Made by a program: the position numbers and the translations under genes
NCBI GenBank assembly: GCA_965285935.1
Contig: OZ260661.1
Span: 144,522,001-144,586,000 of the forward strand
From: Ophelia neglecta
Taxonomy: Eukaryota
DNA: 64,000 nucleotides
Direction: 5' to 3'
Shown here: piece by piece, positions 63,400 through 64,000 of the stretch
Numbering within the stretch: position 1 is the stretch's first letter
Layout of the letters: each line of letters opens with the position of its first letter
The notes under the pieces: model-generated
Databases searched by the model: none
What the model was told of the DNA's origin: nothing
The model's input: the letters and a program-made list of their open reading frames with translations, nothing else

Positions 63400-64000
63400 T
63401 TGGTTGGTGACATCTAACATTCATGCACCTGGCTTTGCACGGCCCTGAGAGACAAAATGAACTTGCTGGTGTCATCTAACATTCATAGACCTGTCTTTGC
63501 ACGGTCCTTGGAGATTAATGAAACTGTTTCTAGCATTAAGAGACAAAATGAACTCGTAGGTAAAATCTAACATTCATAGACCTGTCTTTGCACGGTCCTG
63601 AGAGACAAAAAGAACTTGTTGGTAACATCTCATATTCATAGACCTGTCTTTGCACGGTCCTAAGAGACAAAATGAACTTGTAGGTGACATCCAACATCCA
63701 TAGACCTGTCTGCAAGGCCATGAGATATGAATGAACCTGTAGGTAACATATAACATTCAAAGACCTGTCTTTGCACGGCCCTGAGAGACAAAAAAAAACT
63801 TGTTGGTGACATCCAACTTTCATGGACCTGTCTTTGCACGATCCTGGGAGATGAATGAACCTGTTTCTAACATTAAACATTCATGGACCTGGGATATCAA
63901 GAACTTTTGAGACAATTGAAACAGATGGTGATATCTTACGTTCGTGGACCTGGCTTTTAACGGCCATGAGAGATCATCAAATGATCCTGTAGATATCCTC
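63400..64000. repeat. ~61-bp degenerate tandem repeat
   Basis: Unit aacattcatagacctgtctttgcacggtcctgagagacaaaatgaacttg. Confidence 0.9.

Overview
Eukaryotic, AT-rich, repeat-dense DNA, probably molluscan, inferred from a SINE resembling the mollusc Meta/MESC family. Positions 443-4847 (+) hold the last eight coding exons of a DPP4-family (prolyl oligopeptidase S9B) gene with an intact Ser-Asp-His triad (GWSYGG, HGTADDNVH, YIDNAH). The remaining ~59 kb has no recognisable internal coding exons. It does carry a series of short + strand units, each running from an ATG through an open frame to a phase-0 splice donor. Two pairs of these are paralogous (a clear Cys-rich pair at 61306/62796 and a more distant 26-codon IWxAxW pair at 10943/50612), and one resembles a DPP10 N-terminus (22129, MNAGAST...DLDLE). 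I interpret this as an expanded array of alternative first exons feeding a common exon 2 beyond the window, possibly of a tandem DPP4/6/10 paralogue; this is inference and needs RNA data. The donor that splits the catalytic GW|SYGG motif has been tandemly amplified to nine copies in 27-nt steps. The rest consists of several MITE families (some nested), a double-headed SINE with a 12-bp TSD, an L2/CR1-type LINE 3' end, an old dispersed repeat that appears to have seeded a 3.4-kb satellite, and many minisatellites. The long ORFs in the ORF track are repeat artefacts.
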